Notes: generated by a model not told the origin, from the sequence alone. Numbered from the stretch's first letter, positions 1-8,586 are shown. The stretch: 60,489 nt of DNA from Candidatus Limnocylindrales bacterium (GCA_038220425.1 JBBRIV010000001.1:1-60489); one strand, 5' to 3'. A program made the numbers and translations.

Positions 1-79
1 CCTGGGCCGCCTGTTCCGGGGCGACCACAAGTAGTCTCAACACTAGACATTGTGGCCCGGATGGGTCGAAGATGCGCGG

Positions 80-535
80 ATGCCGCCCGCCCATACCAAT
101 GATTCGCAGGTCAACACCGAGGGCCTGAGCCTCGACCCCGAGAAGTCGCTCCGGATCGGCCAGGCCGCCGAGCTGCTGGGCGTGGGGATCGACACCCTGC
201 GCCGCTGGGAGACGAGCCACCGGCTGCGCGTGGTCAGGACGCCCGGCGGCCAGCGGATCGTTCCGATCACCGAAGTGAGCCGGCTGCTGGGTGAGCGCCG
301 GCGGGGTACCGCCGACCGGCCGATCGTCGCCCAGTCGGCGCGCAACCGCTTTGTCGGGATCATCACCCGGGTTGAGCGCGACGGTGTCGCCGCGGTCGTC
401 GAGGTGATGGCCGGGCCGCACCGCCTGGTCAGCCTGATGACCGCCGAGGCCGTTGACGAGCTCGACCTGGCCATCGGCCTCGAGGTGGTGTGCGTCGTGA
501 AGTCAACCAACGTGATCGTCGAGATCCCGCGCTAG
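80..535 (+). CDS. MerR/excisionase-type HTH plus TOBE (Mop) domain regulator, molybdate-responsive type
   Basis: ORF 50..535. HTH LRIGQAAELLGVGIDTLRRWE is followed by a TOBE-like segment SARNRFVGIITRVERDG...VVCVVKSTNVIVEI. The in-frame ATG at 80 is preferred over TTG at 50, but the start is uncertain. Confidence 0.75.
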   Translation: MPPAHTNDSQVNTEGLSLDPEKSLRIGQAAELLGVGIDTLRRWETSHRLRVVRTPGGQRIVPITEVSRLLGERRRGTADRPIVAQSARNRFVGIITRVERDGVAAVVEVMAGPHRLVSLMTAEAVDELDLAIGLEVVCVVKSTNVIVEIPR

Positions 536-577
536 GTTGCTCCTGGAAGCCGCCCGGTCCGGTGCTAGGATGCCGCC

Positions 578-653
578 GGGGGAGTAGCTCAACGGTTAGA
601 GCGGCGGGCTTATATCCCGCTGGTTCCAGGTTCGAATCCTGGCTCCCCTACCA
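578..653 (+). tRNA. tRNA-Ile, anticodon TAT (UAU), CCA encoded
   Basis: Hand-folded cloverleaf. Acceptor stem 578-584/643-649 (first pair G.U), D stem 587-590/599-602, anticodon stem 604-608/616-620. Anticodon loop is cttatat with the anticodon at 611-613. T arm is 626-630 + ttcgaat + 638-642, discriminator A650, CCA 651-653. Confidence 0.85.
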
Positions 654-673
654 GTCCCGACGGAGTCGGTGAC

Positions 674-1468
674 TCAGTCGAAGGCGCTCCGGACCCGGTC
701 CAGGACCTGCCGGCGCCGATCGGCGCTGAACGTCCGATGGGGCGGCAGCCGAGCCAGGAAGTCGGCGACGTCGCCCCGGGCCAGGACGGCCGTTGTGGCG
801 TTGCCGGGGACGGCTTCGCCGCGGGCGATCAGCGCGGTGTAGACCTTCACGACGAAGCCATGCTCATCTGCCTCGAGCCAGCGCCGGACGGCCTCGGCGT
901 CGCGGGCCGCCCGCTCGAGCGGGTTCTCGATGGCGATCCACTGGCTGTCGCCGACCCGCGCCTCCCAGCGGCCGTCCATCGGCCGGGCGTCGCGGATCCG
1001 CGGGAGCGCCCCGACGACCACCATTCCGGGCGGTCCCACGATCAGGGCCGGGATGTGCCGCCCGCCGGGCAGAGCCAGCTCCCGGACCACCACGTAGTCG
1101 GCGCCCAGGCCCGCACCCAGCCCGGCCAGTGGGTCGCGCCGGGCAGCGAGGGGGTTCTGGATGTCCGCGAACTCAAGGATCCGATTGGTTCCCAGGAGAA
1201 GACAGATCGCCGGCAGCCCCAGGGCCATCAGCCAGCCCAGGGCACGGTACGAGTTCTCGCTGGCGACGGTCCGACCGTGGGCGGTGAACACGTCGACGAA
1301 GGGCGTGGTCAGGGTCAGGTAGGCCACGACCAGCCCGGTGATGACGTACAGGGCGCCGATCAGGCGGGCAATCGCGAGCGTCCGGGCACTCGGCCGACGA
1401 CGAGCCTGGGCGCGAATGACCTCCATGCCAGCATCCTCGCCGGTGGCACCCGTTGGCGCCATCCCCAC
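674..1468 (-). CDS. membrane protein with NERD-like (nuclease-related) domain
   Basis: ORF 674..1468. Two N-terminal hydrophobic helices are followed by YVVVRELALPGGRHIPALIVGPPGMVVVGAL...ENPLERAARDAEAVRRWL, which fits the NERD pattern. The start could instead be the internal Met at 1426. Confidence 0.55.
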   Translation of the reverse strand: MGMAPTGATGEDAGMEVIRAQARRRPSARTLAIARLIGALYVITGLVVAYLTLTTPFVDVFTAHGRTVASENSYRALGWLMALGLPAICLLLGTNRILEFADIQNPLAARRDPLAGLGAGLGADYVVVRELALPGGRHIPALIVGPPGMVVVGALPRIRDARPMDGRWEARVGDSQWIAIENPLERAARDAEAVRRWLEADEHGFVVKVYTALIARGEAVPGNATTAVLARGDVADFLARLPPHRTFSADRRRQVLDRVRSAFD

Positions 1469-1599
1469 TTCGGGTCAGCAGGCCCCAGCCAGCCTGACCA
1501 GCAGCCCGTCCAGACCACCCACAACCAACCGGCGCCGGTGCGTCGGGGCACCGGGGCGGCGACTCGCGCGGAGATGAACGGCACCCCTAGAATTCGCCC

Positions 1600-4500
1600 A
1601 TGGCCTCCAAGTTCACGAGCGCGCGCTTCGTCGGACGAGAGCGCGAACTCGCCCGCATTGCGATGGCCCTGGAGGCGACGGCCGAGGGTCGTTCAACGAC
1701 CATGCTGATGGCTGCCTCGGGCGGGGTGGGGGTGTCCCGGCTGTTGACCGAAACGCGCCGCCGCCTGGCCGACCTGGCCGAGCCCTTCGAGGTCATCCGC
1801 TGCCGAGCCCGGTCCGGCCGCTCGGGTGACCCCTATGCGCCGGTTGGCGTCTCGATCACCCGGCTCCTCGATCGCGTCCCCGACGCTGACCTGCCGGCAC
1901 TCTTCGAGACCGGCGCCCAGGAGCTCCTCCGACTCGTGCCCGATGTCCAGCCGCGGCTGGCCAAGCTGGGCCTCCTGCCCGAACGACATACGACGATCGA
2001 TCCGGAACGGCGCCAGACCCGGATGCTCGAGGCGATCCTCGGCCTGGTCAGCCGGCTGGGCGAGCGCCGACCGGTCCTGTTGATCCTCGAGGACCTCCAT
2101 GACGCCGACGCGGGGACGCGCGCCCTGGCGGCCTTCCTGGCCCGCGTCTCGCGGCCGGGCCGGCTGTGCGTGATGGCCACCTACCAGCCCGACGAGTTGA
2201 CCCGCCGCCACCCGCTCCACGGCGCCCTGGCCGCGATGGCCGACGCGGCCCGACCACCTGAGCGCCTCCTGCTGGAGCCACTCCGGCGCGACGAGCTGGC
2301 CCGCCTGATCGAGGGGATCGAGGGCGAGCGGCCGTCGGCATCGGTGCTCCTGCTCGTGTCGGAGCGCTCGCAGGGCAATGCCCTGGTGGCCGAGGAGCTC
2401 CTGGCGGCGCGCCGCGAGCTGGCCGGCGCGTCGCTGACGGGCACCCTTGACGAGCTGGTCGTGGCCCGCCTGGCCGGCCGCTCGACCGAGTGCCGGCGGG
2501 CCCTGCGCCTGCTGGCCCCAGCCGGCGAACCGCTGACCCTGGAGCAACTGGCAACGGCCTCGCTGGCGTTCGAGCGCGAGGCGGACCGGCCCGCGCCGCG
2601 CTCCAGCTCGACCCCCAGGCGCGGCGGCGGGATCCTCGAGGCAGACCTGGGCCATGGCCTGGCCGAAGCCCTGGAACACGGCTTTGCCCGGCTCGAAGGT
2701 CCCGACGGCGACGACGCCGCGCACGACCCGGCGGTCGCGGCCCTGCCGGCCGAGGCGATCGTGGGCATCCGCCATCCCCTGATCGCCCGCTCGATCGAGG
2801 CCGACCTGCTGCCCGGCCAGCGCCGCCGCCATCACGCCGCACTGGCCGAGGGCCTCGCCGACCGACCTGGCTCGCAGGCCCGCCACTGGCTGGCCGCCCA
2901 CCAGCTGGGGCCGGCCCGGGCGGACGCAATCGACGCCGCGACCCTCGCCGAGAACGTCGATTCGCTGGCCGACGCGCTGGCCCACCTGGAGCTGGCCCTG
3001 GAGATTGACGATCGAACCGAGCCGCCCGGCGGTGAATCGGATCCCGCCTCGCCGGCCGGCCTGCTGGCCCGCGCTGCCGAGGCCGCCTTCGCCGACGGCC
3101 GGCTGGCCCGGGCCACGGCCTATGCCGAGTCGGCCATCGCCCGCCTCGACGAGCGCTCCGACCGACTCCGGGTGGGCCTCCTGTACGAGCGCCTCGGCCG
3201 CTACCGGCGGGCCGCCGGCGACCAGACCGGCTCGATTGCCGCCCATACCCGGGCGGTCGAGCTGGTGCCCACCAAACCATCCCGCGAGCGGGCCCTGGTC
3301 CTGTCGGCCCTGGCCCAGGTCCGGATGCTCGAAGGGACGTTCTCCGAGGCAGAGCGACTGGCCAGCGAGGCGATCAAGCTCGCCCACACGGTTGGCCCGG
3401 AGGCGCTCGGTGAAGAGGGCCATGCCATCTGCACCCTCGGGATCAGCCGGGTCTGGGGCGAGGATCCCGAGGGCGGCCTGGCCCTCCTCCTCGAGGCCCG
3501 CACGATCGCCTTCGACCTGGGTCGCTTCGACGACCTGTTCAGGGCCACGGCCAACATCACGACCGCGCTCGATCTGCTCGGCCGCAAGCGCGAGGCGGTC
3601 GAGGTGGCCCGGGCGGGGATCGAGGCCGCCCGGCGGGCCGGCCAGGAGGCCGTCTTCGGCAACTACCTGCGCGGCAATGGCGCCGACTCCCTGTTCCTGC
3701 TGGGCGATTGGCCGGCCTCGCGGGCGCTGGTGGCGACGGCCCTCGAATGGAGTCCGGTGGGCGTCAACCTGGTCAATGCCCTGGCCAACCTGGTGACTGT
3801 CGAGATCGAGGCGCGCGCGGGCGAGACTGCCGGCCGGCTCCTGGGCCGCCTCCTGCTCGAGCTCGAGACGGTGCCCGACGCCCAGGAATCCGTGCCGACC
3901 TACCAGGCCGCCGCCTCATTCGCCCTGTGGCGAGGCGATCTCGAGGATGCCCGCCGGGCGGTCGGCCTGGGCTGGAGCCGGGTTCGCCAGACCGAGGATT
4001 GGGTGCTCGTGGCGCGCATGGCCGGAGCCGTTCTCGAGGTCGATTCGGCATCCATCGCCGACGCCCGGGCAGGCCGCGACCTGTCGACCGTGGCCAGCGC
4101 CCGGAGCCGGAGCGCCGAGGTCCTGGCCGAGGCCGAGGCAGCGGTCGAGGAGGCCGGCGTTGCCCCGGCGTTCGGGACCCGCCGCGAGGCCGACGCCCAC
4201 CTGGCCCTGGCCCGAGCGTACCGGGCTCGGATCGAGGGTCATGACGAACCATCCGCCTGGGATTCGCTGGCCCGAACCTGGGACGACCTGGAACGGCCGT
4301 ACCAGGTGGCCCGGGCGCGTTGGCGCCAGGCAGAGGCCGCCCTGGGCGCGGGCGATGGCCGAGCCGGCCGTACCGCTGCCCGGGCGCCGTTGCTGGAGGC
4401 CGTCGAGCTGGCCATCAGGCTGGGTGCCGGACCGCTCCTGCGCGAGCTCGAGGAGCTTGCCCGACGAGCCCTGATCGCTCTACCCCAGGCGGCCACCAGC

Positions 4501-4899
4501 AGCTTGATCCTGGACGTAGAGGTCGACGGCAGCCTGGCCCAGCGCGAGCCCGTCGCCGTGCCGGTTGGAGCCGGCCGCCAGGCCCGCGAGGCGGCCTTCG
4601 CGGCCGGGCCCGATTGGGGTTCGATGGGGCCGCCCGAGGAACGACCCGGGCTGGCCGTGGCCTTTGTCGGCCCTGCCGAGCCGCCGCCGGGCGACACGTT
4701 TGGCTTGAGCCGGCGCGAACGCGAAGTCCTGATCCACCTGGCCCAGGGCCGGACCAACCGGGAGATCGGCGAGCGCCTGTTCATCAGCCAGAAGACGGTC
4801 GGCGTGCACGTCGGCAACATCCTGTCGAAGCTGGGCGTATCGGGCCGGGTCGAGGCCGCTGCGGTGGCGATCCGGCTGGGACTCACCGACCGACGCTGA
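1600..4899 (+). CDS. large ATP-binding LuxR-family (LAL/MalT-like) transcriptional regulator
   Basis: 1099 aa. N-terminal FVGRERELARI + P-loop region + Walker B VLLILEDLHDAD, a long helical/TPR-like middle, and a C-terminal LuxR HTH LSRREREVLIHLAQGRTNREIGERLFISQKTVGVHVGNILSKLGV. Confidence 0.9.
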   Translation: MASKFTSARFVGRERELARIAMALEATAEGRSTTMLMAASGGVGVSRLLTETRRRLADLAEPFEVIRCRARSGRSGDPYAPVGVSITRLLDRVPDADLPALFETGAQELLRLVPDVQPRLAKLGLLPERHTTIDPERRQTRMLEAILGLVSRLGERRPVLLILEDLHDADAGTRALAAFLARVSRPGRLCVMATYQPDELTRRHPLHGALAAMADAARPPERLLLEPLRRDELARLIEGIEGERPSASVLLLVSERSQGNALVAEELLAARRELAGASLTGTLDELVVARLAGRSTECRRALRLLAPAGEPLTLEQLATASLAFEREADRPAPRSSSTPRRGGGILEADLGHGLAEALEHGFARLEGPDGDDAAHDPAVAALPAEAIVGIRHPLIARSIEADLLPGQRRRHHAALAEGLADRPGSQARHWLAAHQLGPARADAIDAATLAENVDSLADALAHLELALEIDDRTEPPGGESDPASPAGLLARAAEAAFADGRLARATAYAESAIARLDERSDRLRVGLLYERLGRYRRAAGDQTGSIAAHTRAVELVPTKPSRERALVLSALAQVRMLEGTFSEAERLASEAIKLAHTVGPEALGEEGHAICTLGISRVWGEDPEGGLALLLEARTIAFDLGRFDDLFRATANITTALDLLGRKREAVEVARAGIEAARRAGQEAVFGNYLRGNGADSLFLLGDWPASRALVATALEWSPVGVNLVNALANLVTVEIEARAGETAGRLLGRLLLELETVPDAQESVPTYQAAASFALWRGDLEDARRAVGLGWSRVRQTEDWVLVARMAGAVLEVDSASIADARAGRDLSTVASARSRSAEVLAEAEAAVEEAGVAPAFGTRREADAHLALARAYRARIEGHDEPSAWDSLARTWDDLERPYQVARARWRQAEAALGAGDGRAGRTAARAPLLEAVELAIRLGAGPLLRELEELARRALIALPQAATSSLILDVEVDGSLAQREPVAVPVGAGRQAREAAFAAGPDWGSMGPPEERPGLAVAFVGPAEPPPGDTFGLSRREREVLIHLAQGRTNREIGERLFISQKTVGVHVGNILSKLGVSGRVEAAAVAIRLGLTDRR

Positions 4900-5026
4900 C
4901 GCCCGCGTCCAAACCGCAACCCTGCCGTATCCGGCCGGGTGCCGACGCGGTGCGAACCACCGGCGCAGACTCTCCGGAGTGTCGCGCACTGTCGCGGCCG
5001 TTTCCTCGGTCCCCCGGAGGTCCCTG

Positions 5027-5257
5027 ATGATCCAACCAACCCCTCGGCCAGCCTGGCCGATCCGTCAGGCCGACCTCGCCACGGGCCCGATCACCTGCGC
5101 AATGTGCGGTTGTCGCCTGCAGGTGGATGCGTTCGAGGAGACCTGGCGCCACTTCGCCGGCAGCACCGGCCGCGACGCACGCGGTTGCCGGGTGGACTGC
5201 GTGGGCCTGGCCCATGACGCGCACGGCCGCGCCTTCGCAGGCCGCTCCGCCGGCTAG
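5027..5257 (+). CDS. small Cys-rich hypothetical protein (possible zinc-binding)
   Basis: Within ORF 4979..5257. GGAGG at 5016-5020 lies 6 nt before ATG 5027. GC3-rich codons. Motifs CAMCGC ... GCRVDC. No family recognised. Confidence 0.4.
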   Translation: MIQPTPRPAWPIRQADLATGPITCAMCGCRLQVDAFEETWRHFAGSTGRDARGCRVDCVGLAHDAHGRAFAGRSAG

Positions 5258-5489
5258 TCCACCGCCGCAGTTCTTTGCCGCCGGGCTCGGCGCGCGGCGC
5301 CCCAATTAGCGATCCGATTCTTAGCGGGTGCCTGAGGGCGCCCGAAATCTGGCGTTGAGGGTCTCGCGACCGCCCGGACCGGGCTGGGTACGCACAAATC
5401 ATGCCGGCCGGCGGGTCGGATGAGGCGCCAGGTGGGCGTCGGCTCGCTCAGGCGCTCCAGACAAGTGTGGGATTGCTAAACGCGACGGC

Positions 5490-5533
5490 GCCGCGCCGAG
5501 CTGCGCCGCCGCGCCGAGCTGCGCCGCCGCGCC
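5490..5533. repeat. 18-bp tandem repeat gccgcgccgagctgcgcc, 2.4 copies
   Basis: Units at 5490-5507 and 5508-5525 are identical; a partial third unit lies at 5526-5533. The repeat is intergenic, just 3' of the response-regulator stop (5576, minus strand). Confidence 0.9.
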
Positions 5534-5575
5534 TCGGCCCCGGCCCCGCCGCCCAGCGCCGCCCCGCCGAACGCC

Positions 5576-6274
5576 CTAGACGGCCTCGACGCGGTAACCC
5601 ACCGAGCGGACCGCCACGACCGACGGGCCGCCGGCAGACGAGACCTTGGCCCGCAGGCGAGCGAGGTGCGGCTTCAGCCAGAGCAGGTCGGGGTTCGGCT
5701 CCGAGGGCCAGCCGGCTCGAACCAGCCGGGCGTGGGGAACCACGTCGCCGCCGGCCCGGACCAGGGCCTCGAGCAGCCGATACTCGGTGGCCGTCAGGGG
5801 CAGCAGCGAATCGCCCACCCGGGCCTCGTGCCGGCCGGGCTCGATCGTCAGGTCGCCGGCCTGCAGGGCACTGCCGCCGCCAACCGGACCGCCGGCGGCA
5901 TCCACCCGGCGCATCACGGCCGCGATCCGGGCCAGGAGCTCCTGCCGGCCGAAGGGCTTGGTCAGGTAATCGTCGGCCCCGATCTCCAGGGCTCGGACCT
6001 TGGCCCCCTCGCCGCTTTCGCCGGACAGGACCAGGATGGGCACGTTGCCCGATGCCCGGATCTGGCCGGCCACGCTGAATCCGTCGGGACCGGGCATGGC
6101 CAGGTCGAGCAGGACCAGGTCGGGTGATTCTTCACGGAAGCGACGGACCGCCGTCAGGCCGTCATAGGCGGTGATCACCTGGTGACCGTCCTGGCCGACG
6201 AGGGCGGTGATCGCCCCGACCATCGCTGGGTCGTCGTCCACGACGAGGATCCGGAGTGGGCGGACGTTGGGCAT
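5576..6274 (-). CDS. OmpR/PhoB-family response regulator
   Basis: Receiver domain RILVVDDDP...DLVLLDLAMPGPDGF...ADDYLTKPF and a C-terminal winged-helix domain LTATEYRLLEALV...VRSVGYRV. Confidence 0.95.
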   Translation of the reverse strand: MPNVRPLRILVVDDDPAMVGAITALVGQDGHQVITAYDGLTAVRRFREESPDLVLLDLAMPGPDGFSVAGQIRASGNVPILVLSGESGEGAKVRALEIGADDYLTKPFGRQELLARIAAVMRRVDAAGGPVGGGSALQAGDLTIEPGRHEARVGDSLLPLTATEYRLLEALVRAGGDVVPHARLVRAGWPSEPNPDLLWLKPHLARLRAKVSSAGGPSVVAVRSVGYRVEAV

Positions 6275-6285
6275 GGCAGGTTCCT

Positions 6286-7566
6286 TCAGACGGCTACGGC
6301 GGCGGGCAACGCCAGGACAAATCGGGCACCACTGCCCGGGGCGGGCTCACACCATAGTCGGGCACCCATGGCTTCAGCCAGCCGACGAGCGGCATACAGG
6401 CCGATGCCCGAGCCCCGGGCGGTGTGCGTGTCACGTCGCGCGTACGGTTCGAAGATCCGCTCACGCCACTCGATCGGGATGCCCGGCCCTTCGTCGCTGA
6501 CGCTCAACCGAACGATTCCCTCGACCAGTGTGACGTCAACCGTGATTGTTGTATCCGGCGGTGCGTACTTGACCGCGTTCTCGATCAGGTGCTCGATGAT
6601 CTGGCGCAGCCGGGGTGGATCGGCCAGGGCGTGGCGGCGGACCTCGACGTGCTGCTCCAGGCGGTGCTGGCGGAGGAGTGGCTTGAGCTCCACGACGAGC
6701 TCCTCGAGTTGCGCGCCGACGTCGATCGGGGCGAGCTCAATCGGGCTCTCGTTGCTCGGCCGGATCGAGGCCAGGATCGAGTCGACCAGCCGATCAAGCC
6801 GGTCCACCTGGTCGATCGTGCCCTGGTACCACGCTTCGCGCTGGGCACGTCGCTCGGGGTCCCGGCTCTCCCGGCCGTCGAGGGGCGGATCGTCGGCCAG
6901 CAGGTCGGCGTAGGCCCGGACCACAGCCAGCGGCGTGCGCAGCTCGTGGGTGACCAGCGCGATCAGCTCGGTCCGGGCCTCATCCAGGCGCTGGAGGGCC
7001 ACGACCTGGGCTTCGGCGTCGCGCTGTTCGCGGCCCTTCTGGACGATCCCGGCGAGGAGGTCGGCGATTGCGCTCAGCTGGGCCGCATCTTCGGCGTTGA
7101 AGTCGCGCTGGGCCTCGGTCTGGACGTTCAGGACGCCCACGATCTGATCGTGCCAGGACAGCGGCACCGAGAGCATCGAGGCGACGTAGCGGCGCTGGTC
7201 CAGGCCGCGCACCCATAGGAAGTCCTCGTCGTGCTTGACGTCGACGACGATCTTGGCCTTCTGGCTGGCCGCCACCCGGCCGGTGACGCCCTCGCCGATG
7301 GGCACCCGGGCCCGCCCGATCTGGTAGCGGTCCAGGCCGTTGGTCGCGGCCAGGGTCAGATGGGTGCCGTCGCGATCGAGCAGGTACAGCGAGCTCACAT
7401 CGGCATGGAGCGCGTCGCGGGTCTCATCGACGATCGTCTCGAGGAGCTCGTCCCAGGTCCGGGCGGTGGTTGCCAAACGAGCCACCCGGTGCAGGAAGCG
7501 CAGCTGCTGGAGCTGATCCTCGGGCGAGTGATTCGGCGACGCGGCGGGCTTGGCCATGCCGTTCAT
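6286..7566 (-). CDS. cytoplasmic GAF-domain sensor histidine kinase
   Basis: ORF 6286..7602. GAF region, H-box THELRTPLAVV, and an HATPase region with N and G boxes (ENAVKYAP, DEGPGIP, GSGIGL). The start is taken at ATG 7566 (or 7557); the TTG at 7602 would sit inside a terminator hairpin. Confidence 0.9.
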   Translation of the reverse strand: MNGMAKPAASPNHSPEDQLQQLRFLHRVARLATTARTWDELLETIVDETRDALHADVSSLYLLDRDGTHLTLAATNGLDRYQIGRARVPIGEGVTGRVAASQKAKIVVDVKHDEDFLWVRGLDQRRYVASMLSVPLSWHDQIVGVLNVQTEAQRDFNAEDAAQLSAIADLLAGIVQKGREQRDAEAQVVALQRLDEARTELIALVTHELRTPLAVVRAYADLLADDPPLDGRESRDPERRAQREAWYQGTIDQVDRLDRLVDSILASIRPSNESPIELAPIDVGAQLEELVVELKPLLRQHRLEQHVEVRRHALADPPRLRQIIEHLIENAVKYAPPDTTITVDVTLVEGIVRLSVSDEGPGIPIEWRERIFEPYARRDTHTARGSGIGLYAARRLAEAMGARLWCEPAPGSGARFVLALPAAVAV

Positions 7567-7600
7567 GGTACGGGAGGTCCAGAAACCGGCCGCGCACAGC

Positions 7601-7634
7601 AAAAGACCCGGACGGAGGGCGTCCGGGTCTTTTG
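7601..7634. terminator. bidirectional intrinsic terminator-like hairpin
   Basis: aaaagacccggacg-gaggg-cgtccgggtctttt. An 11-bp perfect stem with a 5-nt loop, an A-tract upstream and a T-tract downstream, so it reads as a terminator on both strands. Confidence 0.7.
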
Positions 7635-7730
7635 CCTGTGGCCGTGGTTACCAGCGAGGTGGAGGGAGTCGCTGTCCCACTGCCGGGACCGTCGGACGGA
7701 TCGGGGCACCGATCCGCATGGACGTACGAG

Positions 7731-7835
7731 TCAGGACCAGCGGCGGCCGAGGGGATGATGGACAGCGAAGGCGAGCACGGCCGGCAGCACGGTTACACCG
7801 AGCAGCCAAACATGGGCCTTGATTCGATGGATCAT
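7731..7835 (-). CDS. unannotated 34-aa hydrophobic micro-protein (hypothetical)
   Basis: Below the ORF-track length cutoff. Hand translation gives MIHRIKAHVWLLGVTVLPAVLAFAVHHPLGRRWS*. GGAG lies 9 nt upstream of the ATG. One predicted TM helix. The 7601-7634 terminator follows it. Confidence 0.35.
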   Translation of the reverse strand: MIHRIKAHVWLLGVTVLPAVLAFAVHHPLGRRWS

Positions 7836-8069
7836 CCGGATGGACTCCGCTTGCCGGCGAGACCATTGGTCCGTTCGCGCGCCGGTCGCGATCGGAGCCG
7901 CAGGTTACCGGCCAAAAGAGCCATCCGCCAAGCCGGACGAAGGTACCAGGACCTTTGGGTCAGTGCGTCCACGCACCACCCCGCCGGCGGGCACCGTCGG
8001 GCATCGGACGGTAGAGTTGGGGCGACCACTCATCGCTCGCCTGACCCTCGAAAGGAAGACGTTCCCGCG

Positions 8070-8567
8070 ATGCGCCTCGCCCGTCCGTTGCTGACCGCCG
8101 CCGCTGCCCTCCTGGCCTGCCTGCTCGTGGCCGGCTGCGTTTCATCGGCAGGGGCCGGTTGGACGTTCGCGCCGGCACCCGTCGCCACGCCGGCGCCCGT
8201 CGCATCGGCCGGTGCCAGCGGCGCTCCCGCCGCCAGCCAGCCGGCAGCCAGCGCTGCGCCGTCGGCCACGACCGCCCCAGGCAGCGCGGCTGCCGACGTG
8301 ACGATCAGTGCCCTGAACATCGCCTTCGAGCAGTCCTCGGTCGATGCTCCCGCGGGCAAGGGCTTCAGCCTGTTGTTCGACAACAAGGACCCCAGCGTCC
8401 AGCACGACGTGTTCATCAAGGACGGCGGCGGGACCGACGTCTTCGAGGGCGCGATCATCACCGGGCCAACCCAGGTCACCTACAGCGTGCCCTCGCTCGC
8501 GGCCGGCAGCTATACGTTCGTCTGCTCGATCCACTCGAACATGACCGGCAGCCTCGTCGTCAAATAG
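8070..8567 (+). CDS. cupredoxin (amicyanin/plastocyanin-like type-1 copper) lipoprotein
   Basis: In frame with ORF 7470..8567. AAAGGAAG RBS at 8051-8058, ATG at 8070. Signal peptide with lipobox LVAGC. Copper ligand pattern H(DV)...C-S-I-H-S-N-M. Confidence 0.85.
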   Translation: MRLARPLLTAAAALLACLLVAGCVSSAGAGWTFAPAPVATPAPVASAGASGAPAASQPAASAAPSATTAPGSAAADVTISALNIAFEQSSVDAPAGKGFSLLFDNKDPSVQHDVFIKDGGGTDVFEGAIITGPTQVTYSVPSLAAGSYTFVCSIHSNMTGSLVVK

Positions 8568-8586
8568 GTCGGAAGGTGCACCTCGG

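Noticed and set aside
1693-3423. Very long alternative-frame or antisense ORFs. Examples: 1693..3423 (-), 2048..3280 (-), 9326..11206 (-), 10581..12590 (-), 17772..19211 (-), 25324..26763 (-), 26400..27890 (-), 21970..23064 (-).
   Set aside because: Their translations are Arg/Pro/Gly/Ala-rich low-complexity strings with no domain signatures. They lie opposite or out of frame to genes with clear family motifs. This is the expected stop-codon-poor artefact of about 70% GC DNA.
5490-5533. CRISPR arrays anywhere in the window, including the short tandem repeats at 5490, 36589, 42298 and 50591.
   Set aside because: All repeats are contiguous tandem units of 12-20 bp without unique spacers of about 30 bp. 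No cas genes are present.
7470-8069. The 200-aa N-terminal extension of ORF 7470..8567 upstream of the cupredoxin.
   Set aside because: The extension has no coding character and crosses a terminator hairpin. The cupredoxin has its own RBS, ATG (8070) and lipoprotein signal peptide.
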